DNA of 64,000 bases from NCBI RefSeq assembly GCF_009914755.1, contig NC_060936.1; one strand, 5' to 3'. The stretch is from the human T2T-CHM13v2.0 reference genome, Homo sapiens. How positions within the stretch are numbered: the stretch's first letter is position 1; each line of letters starts with the position of its first letter. Shown here in pieces: positions 13,501 to 28,400 of the stretch. The notes beneath the pieces were generated by a model, which saw nothing but the letters and a program-made list of their open reading frames with translations, was not told where the DNA came from and searched no databases. The translations under genes were made by a program, and so were the position numbers.

Positions 13501-15016
13501 GAAGATGTTTCCTTTTCTACATTTGGTCTCAAAGCGATTGAAATCTCCAACTGGAAACTGCACAAATAGGGTGTTTCAAATCTGCTCTGTCTAAAGGAAG
13601 GTTCAACTCTGTGAGTTGAATACACACACCACAAATAAGTTACTGAGAATTCTTCTGTCGAACATTACAGGAAGAAATCCCGTTTCCAACGAAGGCCTCA
13701 AAGAGGTCCAAATATCCACTTGCAGACATTACAAACAGAGTGTTTCCAAACTGCTCCATCAAAAGAAAGGTTAAACTCTGTGAGCTGAACACACACATCA
13801 AAAAGAAGTTTCTGTGAATGATTCTGTCTAGATTTTATAAGAAGATGTTTCCTTTTCTACCGTAGGCCTCAAAGCGCTTGAAATCTCCAGCTGCAAATTC
13901 TACAAAAAGGGTATTTAACATCTGCTCTTCTAAAGGAAAGTTCAACTCTATGCGTTGAATAAACACAGCAGAAAGAAGTTACTGAGACTTCTCCTATCAA
14001 ACATTATATGAAGAAATCCCGTTTCCAACGAAGGCCCCAAAGAGGTCCAAATATCTGCTTGCAGACTTTACAGACAGAGTTTTTCCAAACAGCTCCATCA
14101 AAAGAAAGGTTAAACTCCTTGAGTTGAACACACACATCACAAAGTAGTTTCTGTGAATGATTCTGTCTAGTTTTTATACGACGATGTTTCCTTTTCTACC
14201 TTTGGTCTCAAAGCGATTGAAATCTCCACATGGAAACTGCACAAAAAGAGTGTTTCAAATCTGCTCTTTCTGAAGGAAGGTTCAACTCTGTGAGTTGAAT
14301 ACACACACCACAAATAAGTTACTGAGAATTCTTCTGTGTAACATTATATGAGGAAATCCCGTTTCCAACGAAGGCCTCAAAGAGGTCCAAATATCCACTT
14401 GCAGACTTTACAAAGACAGTGTCTCCAAACTCCTCCATCAAAAGAAAGGTTATACTCTGTGAATTGAACGCACACATCACAAAGTAGTTTCTGAGAACGA
14501 TTCTGTCTAGTTTTCATACGAAGATATTTCCTTTTCTACATTTGGCCTAAAAGCGCTTGAAATCTCCACCTGCAAATATCACAAAAAGAGGGTTTCACAT
14601 CTGCTCTGTCTAAAGGACAGTTCACCTCTGTGAGTTGAATAGAGGCAACACAAAGAACTTACTCAGTATTCTTCTTTCTAGCGTTCTATGAAGAAATCCC
14701 GTTTCCAACGAAGGCCTCAAAGAGGTCCAAATATCTGCTTGCACACTTTACAGACAGAGTGTTTCCAAACTACTCTATGAAAAGAAAGCTTAAACTCCTT
14801 GAGTTGAACGCACACATCACAAAGTAGTTTCTGAGAATGATTCTGTCTAGTTTTTATACGAAGATGTTTCCTTTTCTACATTTGGTCTCAAAGCGATTGA
14901 AATCTCCAACTGGAAACTGCACAAATAGGGTGTTTCAAATCTGCTCTGTCTAAAGGAAGGTTCAACTCTGTGAGTTGAATACACACACCACAAATAAGTT
15001 ACTGAGAATTCTTCTG
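7544..15016 (-). repeat. Super-HOR copy 2 (7473 bp; last HOR is a chimeric H5/X unit)
   Basis: HOR starts are at 7544, 8903, 10260, 11619 and 13658. The markers (taccg box, ttcagag, agtact, 2-bp deletion, ccgagt, ctgga) occur in the same order as in copy 1. Confidence 0.92.
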
Positions 15017-18000
15017 TCGAACATTACTTGAAGAAATACCGTTTCCAAAGAAGGCCTCAAAGAGGTCAAAATATCCACTTGCAGACATTACAAACAGAGT
15101 GTTTCAAAACTGCTCCATCAAAAGAAAGGTTAAACTCTGTGAGCTGAACACACACATGAAAAAGAAGTTTCTGTGAATGATTCTGTCTAGATTTTATAAG
15201 AAGATGTTTCCTTTTCTACCGTAGGCCTCAAAGCGCTTGAAATCTCCAGCTGCAAATTCTACAAAAAGGGTGTTTAACATCTGCTCTTCTAAAGGAAAGT
15301 TCAACTCTATGCGTTGAATAAACACAGCAGAAAGAAGTTACTGAGACTTCTCCTATCAAACATTATATGAAGAAATCCCGTTTCCAACGAAGGCCCCAAA
15401 GAGGTCCAAATATCTGCTTGCAGACTTTACAGACAGAGTTTTTCCAAACAGCTCCATCAAAAGAAAGGTTAAACTCCTTGAGTTGAACACACACATCACA
15501 AAGTAGTTTCTGTGAATGATTCTGTCTAGTTTTTATACGAAGATGTTTCCTTTTCTACCTTTGGTCTCAAAGCGATTGAAATCTCCACATGGAAACTCCA
15601 CAAAAAGAGTGTTTCAAATCTGCTCTTTCTGAAGGAAGGTTCAACTCTGTGAGTTGAATACACACACCACAAATAAGTTACTGAGAATTCTTCTGTGTAA
15701 CATTATATGAGGAAATCCCGTTTCCAACGAAGGCCTCAAAGAGGTCCAAATATCCACTTGCAGACTTTACAAAGACAGTGTCTCCAAACTCCTCCATCAA
15801 AAGAAAGGTTATACTCTGTGAATTGAACGCACACATCACAAAGTTGTTTCTGAGAATGATTCTGTCTAGTTTTTATACGAAGATATTTCCTTTTCTACAT
15901 TTGGCCTAAAAGCGCTTGAAATCTCCACCTGCAAATATCACAAAAAGAGGGTTTCACATCTGCTCTGTCTAAAGGACAGTTCACCTCTGTGAGTTGAATA
16001 GAGGCAACACAAAGAACTTACTCAGTATTCTTCTTTCTAGCGCTCTATGAAGAAATCCCGTTTCCAACGAAGGCCTCAAAGAGGTCCAAATATCTGCTTG
16101 CAGACTTCAGAGACAGAGTGTTTCCAAAGTACTCTATGAAAAGAAAGCTTAAACTCCTTGAGTTGAACGCACACATCACAAAGTAGTTTCTGAGAATGAT
16201 TCTGTCTAGTTTTTATACGAAGATGTTTCCTTTTCTACATTTGGTCTCAAAGCGATTGAAATCTCCAACTGGAAACTGCACAAATAGGGTGTTTCAAATC
16301 TGCTCTTTCTAAAGGAAGGTTCAACTCTGTGAGTTGAATACACACACCACAAATAAGTTACTGAGAATTCTTCTGTCGAACATTACATGAAGAAATCCCG
16401 TTTCCAACGAAGGCCTCAAAGAGGTCCAAATATCCACTTGCAGACATTACAAACAGTGTGTTTCCAAACTGCTCCATCAAAAGAAAGGTTAAACTCTGTG
16501 AGCTGAACACACATCAAAAAGAAGTTTTTGTGAATGATTCTGTCTAGATTTTATAAGAAGATGTTTCCTTTTCTACAGTACGCCACAAAGCGCTTGAAAT
16601 CTCCAGCTGCAAATTCCACAAAAAGGGTGTTTAACATCTGCTCTTCTAAAGGAAAGTTCAACTCTATGAGTTAAATAAACACAGCAGAAAGAAGTTACTG
16701 AGACTTCTCCTATCAAACATTATATGAAGAAATCCCGTTTCCAACGAAGGCCTCAAAGAGGTCCAAATATCTGCTTGCAGACTTTACAGACAGAGTTTTT
16801 CCAAACTGCTCCATCAAAAGAAAGGTTAAACTCCTTGAGTTGAACACACACATCACAAAGTAGTTTCTGTGAATGATTCTGTCTAGTTTTTATACGAAGA
16901 TGTTTCCTTTTCTACCTTTGGTCTCAATGCGATTGAAATCTCCACATGGAAACTCCACAAAAAGAGTGTTTCAAATCTGCTCTTTCTGAAGGAAGGTTCA
17001 ACTCTGTGAGTTGAATACACACACCACAAATAAGTTACTGAGAATTCTTCTGTGTAACATTATATGAGGAAATCCCGTTTCCAACGAAGGCCTCAAAGAG
17101 GTCCAAATATCCACTTGCAGACTTTACAAAGACAGTGTCTCCAAACTCCTCCATCAAAAGAAAGGTTATACTCTGTGAATTGAACGCACACATCACAAAG
17201 TAGTTTCTGAGAATGATTCTGTCTAGTTTTTATACGAAGATATTTCCTTTTCTACATTTGGCCTAAAAGCGCTTGAAATCTCCAAGTGCAAATATCACAA
17301 AAAGAGGGTTTCACATCTGCTCTGTCTAAAGGACAGTTCACCTCTGTGAGTTGAATAGAGGCAACACAAAGAACTTACTCAGTATTCTTCTTTCTAGCGT
17401 TCTATGAAGAAATCCCGTTTCCAACGAAGGCCCCAAAGAGGTCCAAATATCTGCTTGCAGACTTTACAGACAGAGTGTTTCCAAACTACTCTATGAAAAG
17501 AAAGCTTAAACTCCTTGAGTTGAACGCACACATCACAAAGTAGTTTCTGAGAATGATGCTGTCTAGTTTTTATACGAAGATGTTTCCTTTTCTACATTTG
17601 GTCTCAAAGCGATTGAAATCTCCAACTGGAAACTGCACAAATAGGGTGTTTCAAATCTGCTCTGTCTAAAGGAAGGTTCAACTCTGTGAGTTGAATACAC
17701 ACACCACAAATAAGTTACTGAGTATTCTTCTGTCGAACATTACTTGAAGAAATCCCGTTTCCAACGAAGGCCTCAAAGAGGTCCAAATATCCACTTGCAG
17801 ACATTACAAACCGAGTGTTTCCAAACTGCTCCATCAACAGAAAGGTTAAACTCTGTGAGCTGAACACACACATCAAAAAGAAGTTTCTGTGAATGATTCT
17901 GTCTAGATTTTATAAAAAGATGTTTCCTTTTCTACCGTAGGCCACAAAGCGCTTGAAATCTCCAGCTGCAAATTCCACAAAAAGGGTGTTTAACATCTGC

Positions 18001-21000
18001 TCTTCTAAAGGAAAGTTCAACTCTATGCGTTGAATACACACAGCACAAAGAAGTTACTGAGACTTCTCCTATCAAACATTATATGAAGAAATCCCGTTTC
18101 CAACGAAGGCCTCAAAGAGGTCCAAATATCTGCTTGCAGACTTTACAGACAGAGTTTTTCCAAACTGCTCCATCAAAAGAAAGGTTAAACTCCTTGAGTT
18201 GAACACACACATCACAAAGTAGTTTCTGTGAATGATTCTGTCTAGTTTTTATACGAAGATGTTTCCTTTTCTACCTTTGGTCTCAAAGCGATTGAAATCT
18301 CCACATGGAAACTCCACAAAAAGAGTGTTTCAAATCTGCTCTTTCTGAAGGAAGGTTCAACTCTGTGAGTTGAATACACACACCACAAATAAGTTACTGA
18401 GAATTCTTCTGTGTAACATTATATGAGGAAATCCCGTTTCCAACGAAGGCCTCAAAGAGGTCCAAATATCCACTTGCAGACTTTACAAAGACAGTGTCTC
18501 CAAACTCCTCCATCAAAAGAAAGGTTATACTCTGTGAATTGAACGCACACATCACAAAGTAGTTTCTGAGAACGATTCTGTCTAGTTTTCATACGAAGAT
18601 ATTTCCTTTTCTACATTTGGCCTAAAAGCGCTTGAAATCTCCACCTGCAAATATCACAAAAAGAGGGTTTCACATCTGCTCTGTCTAAAGGACAGTTCAC
18701 CTCTGTGAGTTGAATAGAGGCAACACAAAGAACTTACTCAGTATTCTTCTTTCTAGCGTTCTATGAAGAAATCCCGTTTCCAACGAAGGCCTCAAAGAGG
18801 TCCAAATATCTGCTTGCAGACATTACAGACAGAGTGTTTCCAAACTACTCTATGAAAAGAAAGCTTAAACTCCTTGAGTTGAACGCACACATCACAAAGT
18901 AGTTTCTGAGAATGATTCTGTCTAGTTTTTATACGAAGATGTTTCCTTTTCTACATTTGGTCTCAAAGCGATTGAAATCTCCAACTGGAAACTGCACAAA
19001 TAGGGTGTTTCAAATCTACTCTGTCTAAAGGAAGGTTCAACTCTGTGAGTTGAATACACACACCACAAATAAGTTACTGAGAATTCTTCTGTCGAACATT
19101 ACAGGAAGAAATCCCGTTCCCAACGAAGGCCTCAAAGAGGTCCAAATATCCACTTGCAGACATTACAAACAGAGTGTTTCCAAACTGCTCCATCAAAAGA
19201 AAGGTTAAACTCTGTGAGCTGAACACACACATCAAAAAGAAGTTTCTGTGAATGATTCTGTCTAGATTTTATAAGAAGATGTTTCCTTTTCTACCGTAGG
19301 CCTCAAAGCGCTTGAAATCTCCAGCTGCAAATTCCACAAAAAGGGTGTTTAACATCTGCTCTTCTAAAGGAAAGTTCAACTCTATGCGTTGAATACACAC
19401 AGCACAAAGAAGTTACTGAGACTTCTCCTATCAAACATTATATGAAGAAATCCCGTTTCCAACGAAGGCCTCAAAGAGGTCCAAATATCTGCTTGCAGAC
19501 TTTACAGACAGAGTTTTTCCAAACTGCTCCATCAAAAGAAAGGTTAAACTCCTTGAGTTAAACACACACATCACAAAGTAGTTTCTGTGAATGATTCTGT
19601 CTAGTTTTTATACGAAGATGTTTCCTTTTCTACCTTTGGTCTCAAAGCGATTGAAATCTCCACATGGAAACTCCACAAAAAGAGTGTTTCAAATCTGCTC
19701 TTTCTGAAGGAAGGTTCAACTCTGTGAGTTGAATACACACACCACAAATAAGTTACTGAGAATTCTTCTGTGTAACATTATATGAGGAAATCCCGTTTCC
19801 AACGAAGGCCTCAAAGAGGTCCAAATATCCACTTGCAGACTTTACAAAGACAGTGTCTCCAAACTCCTCCATCAAAAGAAAGGTTATACTCTGTGAATTG
19901 AACGCACACATCACAAAGTAGTTTCTGAGAATGATTCTGTCTAGTTTTTATACGAAGATATTTCCTTTTCTACATTTGGCCTAAAAGCGCTTGAAATCTC
20001 CACCTGCAAATATCACAAAAAGAGGGTTTCACATCTGCTCTGTCTAAAGGACAGTTCACCTCTGTGAGTTGAATAGAGGCAACACAAAGAACTTACTCAG
20101 TATTCTTCTTTCTAGCGTTCTATGAAGAAATCCCGTTTCCAACGAAGGCCCCAAAGAGGTCCAAATATCTGCTTGCAGACTTTACAGACAGAGTATTTCC
20201 AAACTGCTCCATCAAAAGAAAGGTTAAACTCCTGGAGTTGAACACACACATCACAAAGTAGTTTCTGTGAATGATTCTGTCTAGTTTTTATACGAAGATG
20301 TTTCCTTTTCTACCTTTGGTCTCAAAGCGATTGAAATCTCCACATGGAAACTCCACAAAAAGAGTGTTTCAAATCTGCTCTTTCTGAAGGAAGGTTCAAC
20401 TCTGTGAGTTGAATACACACACCACAAATAAGTTACTGAGAATTCTTCTGTGTAACATTATATGAGGAAATCCCGTTTCCAACGAAGGCCTCAAAGAGGT
20501 CCAAATATCCACTTGCAGACTTTACAAAGACAGTGTCTCCAAACTCCTCCATCAAAAGAAAGGTTATACTCTGTGAATTGAACGCACACATCACAAAGTA
20601 GTTTCTGAGAATGATTCTGTCCAGTTTTTATACGAAGATATTTCCTTTTCTACATTTGGCCTAAAAGCGCTTGAAATCTCCACCTGCAAATATCACAAAA
20701 AGAGGGTTTCACATCTGCTCTGTCTAAAGGACAGTTCACCTCTGTGAGTTGAATAGAGGCAACACAAAGAACTTACTCAGTATTCTTCTTTCAAGCGTTC
20801 TATGAAGAAATCCCGTTTCCAACGAAGACCCCAATGAGGTCCAAATATCTGCTTGCAGACTTTACAGACAGAGTGTTTCCAAACTACTCTATGAAAAGAA
20901 AGCTTAAACTCCTTGTGTTGAACGCACACATCACAAAGTAGTTTCTGAGAATGATTCTGTCTAGTTTTTATACGAAGATGTTTCCTTTTCTACATTTGGT

Positions 21001-22489
21001 CTCAAAGCGATTGAAATCTCCAACTGGAAACTGCACAAATAGGGTGTTTCAAATCTGCTCTGTCTAAAGGAAGGTTCAACTCTGTGAGTTGAATACACAC
21101 ACCACAAATAAGTTACTGAGAATTCTTCTGTCGAACATTACAGGAAGAAATCCCGTTTCCAACGAAGGCCTCAAAGAGGTCCAAATATCTACTTGCAGAC
21201 ATTACAAACAGAGTGTTTCCAAACTGCTCCATCAAAAGAAAGGTTAAACTCTGTGAGCTGAACACACACATCAAAAAGAAGTTTCTGTGAATGATTCTGT
21301 CTAGATTTTATAAGAAGATGTTTCCTTTTCTACCGTAGGCCTCAAAGCGCTTGAAATCTCCAGCTGCAAATTCCACAAAAAGGGTGTTTAACATCTGCTC
21401 TTCTAAAGGAAAGTTCTACTCTATGCGTTGAATAAACACAGCAGAAAGAAGTTACTGAGACTTCTCCTATCAAACATTATATGAAGAAATCCCGTTTCCA
21501 ACGAAGGCCTCAAAGAGGTCCAAATATCTGCTTGCAGACTTTACAGACAGAGTTTTTCCAAACAGCTCCATCAAAAGAAAGGTTAAACTCCTTGAGTTGA
21601 ACACACACATCACAAAGTAGTTTCTGTGAATGATTCTGTCTAGTTTTTATACGAAGATGTTTCCTTTTCTACCTTTGGTCTCAAAGCGATTGAAATCTCC
21701 ACATGGAAACTCCACAAAAAGAGTGTTTCAAATCTGCTCTTTCTGAAGGAAGGTTCAACTCTGTGAGTTGAATACACACACCACAAATAAGTTACTGAGA
21801 ATTCTTCTGTGTAACATTATATGAGGAAATCCCGTTTCCAACGAAGGCCTCAAAGAGGTCCAAATATCCACTTGCAGACTTTACAAAGACAGTGTCTCCA
21901 AACTCCTCCATCAAAAGGAAGGTTATACTCTGTGAATTGAACGCACACATCACAAAGTAGTTTCTGAGAACGATTCTGTCTAGTTTTCATACGAAGATAT
22001 TTCCTTTTCTACATTTGGCCTAAAAGCGCTTGAAATCTCCACCTGCAAATATCACAAAAAGAGGGTTTCACATCTGCTCTGTCTAAAGGACAGTTCACCT
22101 CTGTGAGTTGAATAGAGGCAACACAAAGAACTTACTCAGTATTCTTCTTTCTAGCGTTCTATGAAGAAATCCCGTTTCCAACGAAGGCCTCAAAGAGGTC
22201 CAAATATCTGCTTGCACACTTTACAGACAGAGTGTTTCCAAACTACTCTATGAAAAGAAAGCTTAAACTCCTTGAGTTGAACGCACACATCACAAAGTAG
22301 TTTCTGAGAATGATTCTGTCTAGTTTTTATACGAAGATGTTTCCTTTTCTACATTTGGTCTCAAAGCGATTGAAATCTCCAACTGGAAACTGCACAAATA
22401 GGGTGTTTCAAATCTGCTCTGTCTAAAGGAAGGTTCAACTCTGTGAGTTGAATACACACACCACAAATAAGTTACTGAGAATTCTTCTG
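15017..22489 (-). repeat. Super-HOR copy 3 (7473 bp)
   Basis: HOR starts are at 15017, 16376, 17733, 19092 and 21131, with the same marker order. Confidence 0.92.
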
Positions 22490-25400
22490 TCGAACATTAC
22501 TTGAAGAAATACCGTTTCCAAAGAAGGCCTCAAAGAGGTCAAAATATCCACTTGCAGACATTACAAACAGAGTGTTTCAAAACTGCTCCATGAAAAGAAA
22601 GGTTAAACTCTGTGAGCTGAACACACACATGAAAAAGAAGTTTCTGTGAATGATTCTGTCTAGATTTTATAAGAAGATGTTTCCTTTTCTACCGTAGGCC
22701 TCAAAGCGCTTGAAATCTCCAGCTGCAAATTCTACAAAAAGGGTGTTTAACATCTGCTCTTCTAAAGGAAAGTTCAACTCTATGCGTTGAATAAACACAG
22801 CAGAAAGAAGTTACTGAGACTTCTCCTATCAAACATTATATGAAGAAATCCCGTTTCCAACGAAGGCCCCAAAGAGGTCCAAATATCTGCTTGCAGACTT
22901 TACAGACAGAGTTTTTCCAAACAGCTCCATCAAAAGAAAGGTTAAACTCCTTGAGTTGAACACACACATCACAAAGTAGTTTCTGTGAATGATTCTGTCT
23001 AGTTTTTATACGAAGATGTTTCCTTTTCTACCTTTGGTCTCAAAGCGATTGAAATCTCCACATGGAAACTCCACAAAAAGAGTGTTTCAAATCTGCTCTT
23101 TCTGAAGGAAGGTTCAACTCTGTGAGTTGAATACACACTCCACAAATAAGTTACTGAGAATTCTTCTGTGTAACATTATATGAGGAAATCCCGTTTCCAA
23201 CGAAGGCCTCAAAGAGGTCCAAATATCCACTTGCAGACTTTACAAAGACAGTGTCTCCAAACTCCTCCATCAAAAGAAAGGTTATACTCTGTGAATTGAA
23301 CGCACACATCACAAAGTAGTTTCTGAGAATGATTCTGTCTAGTTTTTATACGAAGATATTTCCTTTTCTACATTTGGCCTAAAAGCGCTTGAAATCTCCA
23401 CCTGCAAATATCACAAAAAGAGGGTTTCACATCTGCTCTGTCTAAAGGACAGTTCACCTCTGTGAGTTGAATAGAGGCAACACAAAGAACTTACTCAGTA
23501 TTCTTCTTTCTAGCGCTCTATGAAGAAATCCCGTTTCCAACGAAGGCCTCAAAGAGGTCCAAATATCTGCTTGCAGACTTCAGAGACAGAGTGTTTCCAA
23601 AGTACTCTATGAAAAGAAAGCTTAAACTCCTTGAGTTGAACGCACACATCACAAAGTAGTTTCTGAGAATGATTCTGTCTAGTTTTTATACGAAGATGTT
23701 TCCTTTTCTACATTTGGTCTCAAAGCGATTGAAATCTCCAACTGGAAACTGCACAAATAGGGTGTTTCAAATCTGCTCTTTCTAAAGGAAGGTTCAACTC
23801 TGTGAGTTGAATACACACACCACAAATAAGTTACTGAGAATTCTTCTGTCGAACATTACATGAAGAAATCCCGTTTCCAACGAAGGCCTCAAAGAGGTCC
23901 AAATATCCACTTGCAGACATTACAAACAGTGTGTTTCCAAACTGCTCCATCAAAAGAAAGGTTAAACTCTGTGAGCTGAACACACATCAAAAAGAAGTTT
24001 CTGTGAATGATTCTGTCTAGATTTTATAAGAAGATGTTTCCTTTTCTACAGTACGCCACAAAGCGCTTGAAATCTCCAGCTGCAAATTCCACAAAAAGGG
24101 TGTTTAACATCTGCTCTTCTAAAGGAAAGTTCAACTCTATGAGTTAAATAAACACAGCAGAAAGAAGTTACTGAGACTTCTCCTATCAAACATTATATGA
24201 AGAAATCCCGTTTCCAACGAAGGCCTCAAAGAGGTCCAAATATCTGCTTGCAGACTTTACAGACAGAGTTTTTCCAAACTGCTCCATCAAAAGAAAGGTT
24301 AAACTCCTTGAGTTGAACACACACATCACAAAGTAGTTTCTGTGAATGATTCTGTCTAGTTTTTATACGAAGATGTTTCCTTTTCTACCTTTGGTCTCAA
24401 TGCGATTGAAATCTCCACATGGAAACTCCACAAAAAGAGTGTTTCAAATCTGCTCTTTCTGAAGGAAGGTTCAACTCTGTGAGTTGAATACACACACCAC
24501 AAATAAGTTACTGAGAATTCTTCTGTGTAACATTATATGAGGAAATCCCGTTTCCAACGAAGGCCTCAAAGAGGTCCAAATATCCACTTGCAGACTTTAC
24601 AAAGACAGTGTCTCCAAACTCCTCCATCAAAAGAAAGGTTATACTCTGTGAATTGAACGCACACATCACAAAGTAGTTTCTGAGAATGATTCTGTCTAGT
24701 TTTTATACGAAGATATTTCCTTTTCTACATTTGGCCTAAAAGCGCTTGAAATCTCCAAGTGCAAATATCACAAAAAGAGGGTTTCACATCTGCTCTGTCT
24801 AAAGGACAGTTCACCTCTGTGAGTTGAATAGAGGCAACACAAAGAACTTACTCAGTATTCTTCTTTCTAGCGTTCTATGAAGAAATCCCGTTTCCAACGA
24901 AGGCCCCAAAGAGGTCCAAATATCTGCTTGCAGACTTTACAGACAGAGTGTTTCCAAACTACTCTATGAAAAGAAAGCTTAAACTCCTTGAGTTGAACGC
25001 ACACATCACAAAGTAGTTTCTGAGAATGATGCTGTCTAGTTTTTATACGAAGATGTTTCCTTTTCTACATTTGGTCTCAAAGCGATTGAAATCTCCAACT
25101 GGAAACTGCACAAATAGGGTGTTTCAAATCTGCTCTGTCTAAAGGAAGGTTCAACTCTGTGAGTTGAATACACACACCACAAATAAGTTACTGAGTATTC
25201 TTCTGTCGAACATTACTTGAAGAAATCCCGTTTCCAACGAAGGCCTCAAAGAGGTCCAAATATCCACTTGCAGACATTACAAACCGAGTGTTTCCAAACT
25301 GCTCCATCAACAGAAAGGTGAAACTCTGTGAGCTGAACACACACATCAAAAAGAAGTTTCTGTGAATGATTCTGTCTAGATTTTATAAAAAGATGTTTCC

Positions 25401-28400
25401 TTTTCTACCGTAGGCCACAAAGCGCTTGAAATCTCCAGCTGCAAATTCCACAAAAAGGGTGTTTAACATCTGCTCTTCTAAAGGAAAGTTCAACTCTATG
25501 CGTTGAATACACACAGCACAAAGAAGTTACTGAGACTTCTCCTATCAAACATTATATGAAGAAATCCCGTTTCCAACGAAGGCCTCAAAGAGGTCCAAAT
25601 ATCTGCTTGCAGACTTTACAGACAGAGTTTTTCCAAACTGCTCCATCAAAAGAAAGGTTAAACTCCTTGAGTTGAACACACACATCACAAAGTAGTTTCT
25701 GTGAATGATTCTGTCTAGTTTTTATACGAAGATGTTTCCTTTTCTACCTTTGGTCTCAAAGCGATTGAAATCTCCACATGGAAACTCCACAAAAAGAGTG
25801 TTTCAAATCTGCTCTTTCTGAAGGAAGGTTCAACTCTGTGAGTTGAATACACACACCACAAATAAGTTACTGAGAATTCTTCTGTGTAACATTATATGAG
25901 GAAATCCCGTTTCCAACGAAGGCCTCAAAGAGGTCCAAATATCCACTTGCAGACTTTACAAAGACAGTGTCTCCAAACTCCTCCATCAAAAGAAAGGTTA
26001 TACTCTCTGAATTGAACGCACACATCACAAAGTAGTTTCTGAGAACGATTCTGTCTAGTTTTCATACGAAGATATTTCCTTTTCTACATTTGGCCTAAAA
26101 GCGCTTGAAATCTCCACCTGCAAATATCACAAAAAGAGGGTTTCACATCTGCTCTGTCTAAAGGACAGTTCACCTCTGTGAGTTGAATAGAGGCAACACA
26201 AAGAACTTACTCAGTATTCTTCTTTCTAGCGTTCTATGAAGAAATCCCGTTTCCAACGAAGGCCTCAAAGAGGTCCAAATATCTGCTTGCAGACATTACA
26301 GACAGAGTGTTTCCAAACTACTCTATGAAAAGAAAGCTTAAACTCCTTGAGTTGAACGCACACATCACAAAGTAGTTTCTGAGAATGATTCTGTCTAGTT
26401 TTTATACGAAGATGTTTCCTTTTCTACATTTGGTCTCAAAGCGATTGAAATCTCCAACTGGAAACTGCACAAATAGGGTGTTTCAAATCTACTCTGTCTA
26501 AAGGAAGGTTCAACTCTGTGAGTTGAATACACACACCACAAATAAGTTACTGAGAATTCTTCTGTCGAACATTACAGGAAGAAATCCCGTTTCCAACGAA
26601 GGCCTCAAAGAGGTCCAAATATCCACTTGCAGACATTACAAACAGAGTGTTTCCAAACTGCTCCATCAAAAGAAAGGTTAAACTCTGTGAGCTGAACACA
26701 CACATCAAAAAGAAGTTTCTGTGAATGATTCTGTCTAGATTTTATAAGAAGATGTTTCCTTTTCTACCGTAGGCCTCAAAGCGCTTGAAATCTCCAGCTG
26801 CAAATTCCACAAAAAGGGTGTTTAACATCTGCTCTTCTAAAGGAAAGTTCAACTCTATGAGTTGAATACACACAGCACAAAGAAGTTACTGAGACTTCTC
26901 CTATCAAACATTATATGAAGAAATCCCGTTTCCAACGAAGGCCTCAAAGAGGTCCAAATATCTGCTTGCAGACTTTACAGACAGAGTTTTTCCAAACTGC
27001 TCCATCAAAAGAAAGGTTAAACTCCTTGAGTTAAACACACACATCACAAAGTAGTTTCTGTGAATGATTCTGTCTAGTTTTTATACGAAGATGTTTCCTT
27101 TTCTACCTTTGGTCTCAAAGCGATTGAAATCTCCACATGGAAACTCCACAAAAAGAGTGTTTCAAATCTGCTCTTTCTGAAGGAAGGTTCAACTCTGTGA
27201 GTTGAATACACACACCACAAATAAGTTACTGAGAATTCTTCTGTGTAACATTATATGAGGAAATCCCGTTTCCAACGAAGGCCTCAAAGAGGTCCAAATA
27301 TCCACTTGCAGACTTTACAAAGACAGTGTCTCCAAACTCCTCCATCAAAAGAAAGGTTATACTCTGTGAATTGAACGCACACATCACAAAGTAGTTTCTG
27401 AGAATGATTCTGTCTAGTTTTTATACGAAGATATTTCCTTTTCTACATTTGGCCTAAAAGCGCTTGAAATCTCCACCTGCAAATATCACAAAAAGAGGGT
27501 TTCACATCTGCTCTGTCTAAAGGACAGTTCACCTCTGTGAGTTGAATAGAGGCAACACAAAGAACTTACTCAGTATTCTTCTTTCTAGCGTTCTATGAAG
27601 AAATCCCGTTTCCAACGAAGGCCCCAAAGAGGTCCAAATATCTGCTTGCAGACTTTACAGACAGAGTATTTCCAAACTGCTCCATCAAAAGAAAGGTTAA
27701 ACTCCTGGAGTTGAACACACACATCACAAAGTAGTTTCTGTGAATGATTCTGTCTAGTTTTTATACGAAGATGTTTCCTTTTCTACCTTTGGTCTCAAAG
27801 CGATTGAAATCTCCACATGGAAACTCCACAAAAAGAGTGTTTCAAATCTGCTCTTTCTGAAGGAAGGTTCAACTCTGTGAGTTGAATACACACACCACAA
27901 ATAAGTTACTGAGAATTCTTCTGTGTAACATTATATGAGGAAATCCCGTTTCCAACGAAGGCCTCAAAGAGGTCCAAATATCCACTTGCAGACTTTACAA
28001 AGACAGTGTCTCCAAACTCCTCCATCAAAAGAAAGGTTATACTCTGTGAATTGAACGCACACATCACAAAGTAGTTTCTGAGAATGATTCTGTCTAGTTT
28101 TTATACGAAGATATTTCCTTTTCTACATTTGGCCTAAAAGCGCTTGAAATCTCCACCTGCAAATATCACAAAAAGAGGGTTTCACATCTGCTCTGTCTAA
28201 AGGACAGTTCACCTCTGTGAGTTGAATAGAGGCAACACAAAGAACTTACTCAGTATTCTTCTTTCAAGCGTTCTATGAAGAAATCCCGTTTCCAACGAAG
28301 ACCCCAATGAGGTCCAAATATCTGCTTGCAGACTTTACAGACAGAGTGTTTCCAAACTACTCTATGAAAAGAAAGCTTAAACTCCTTGTGTTGAACGCAC

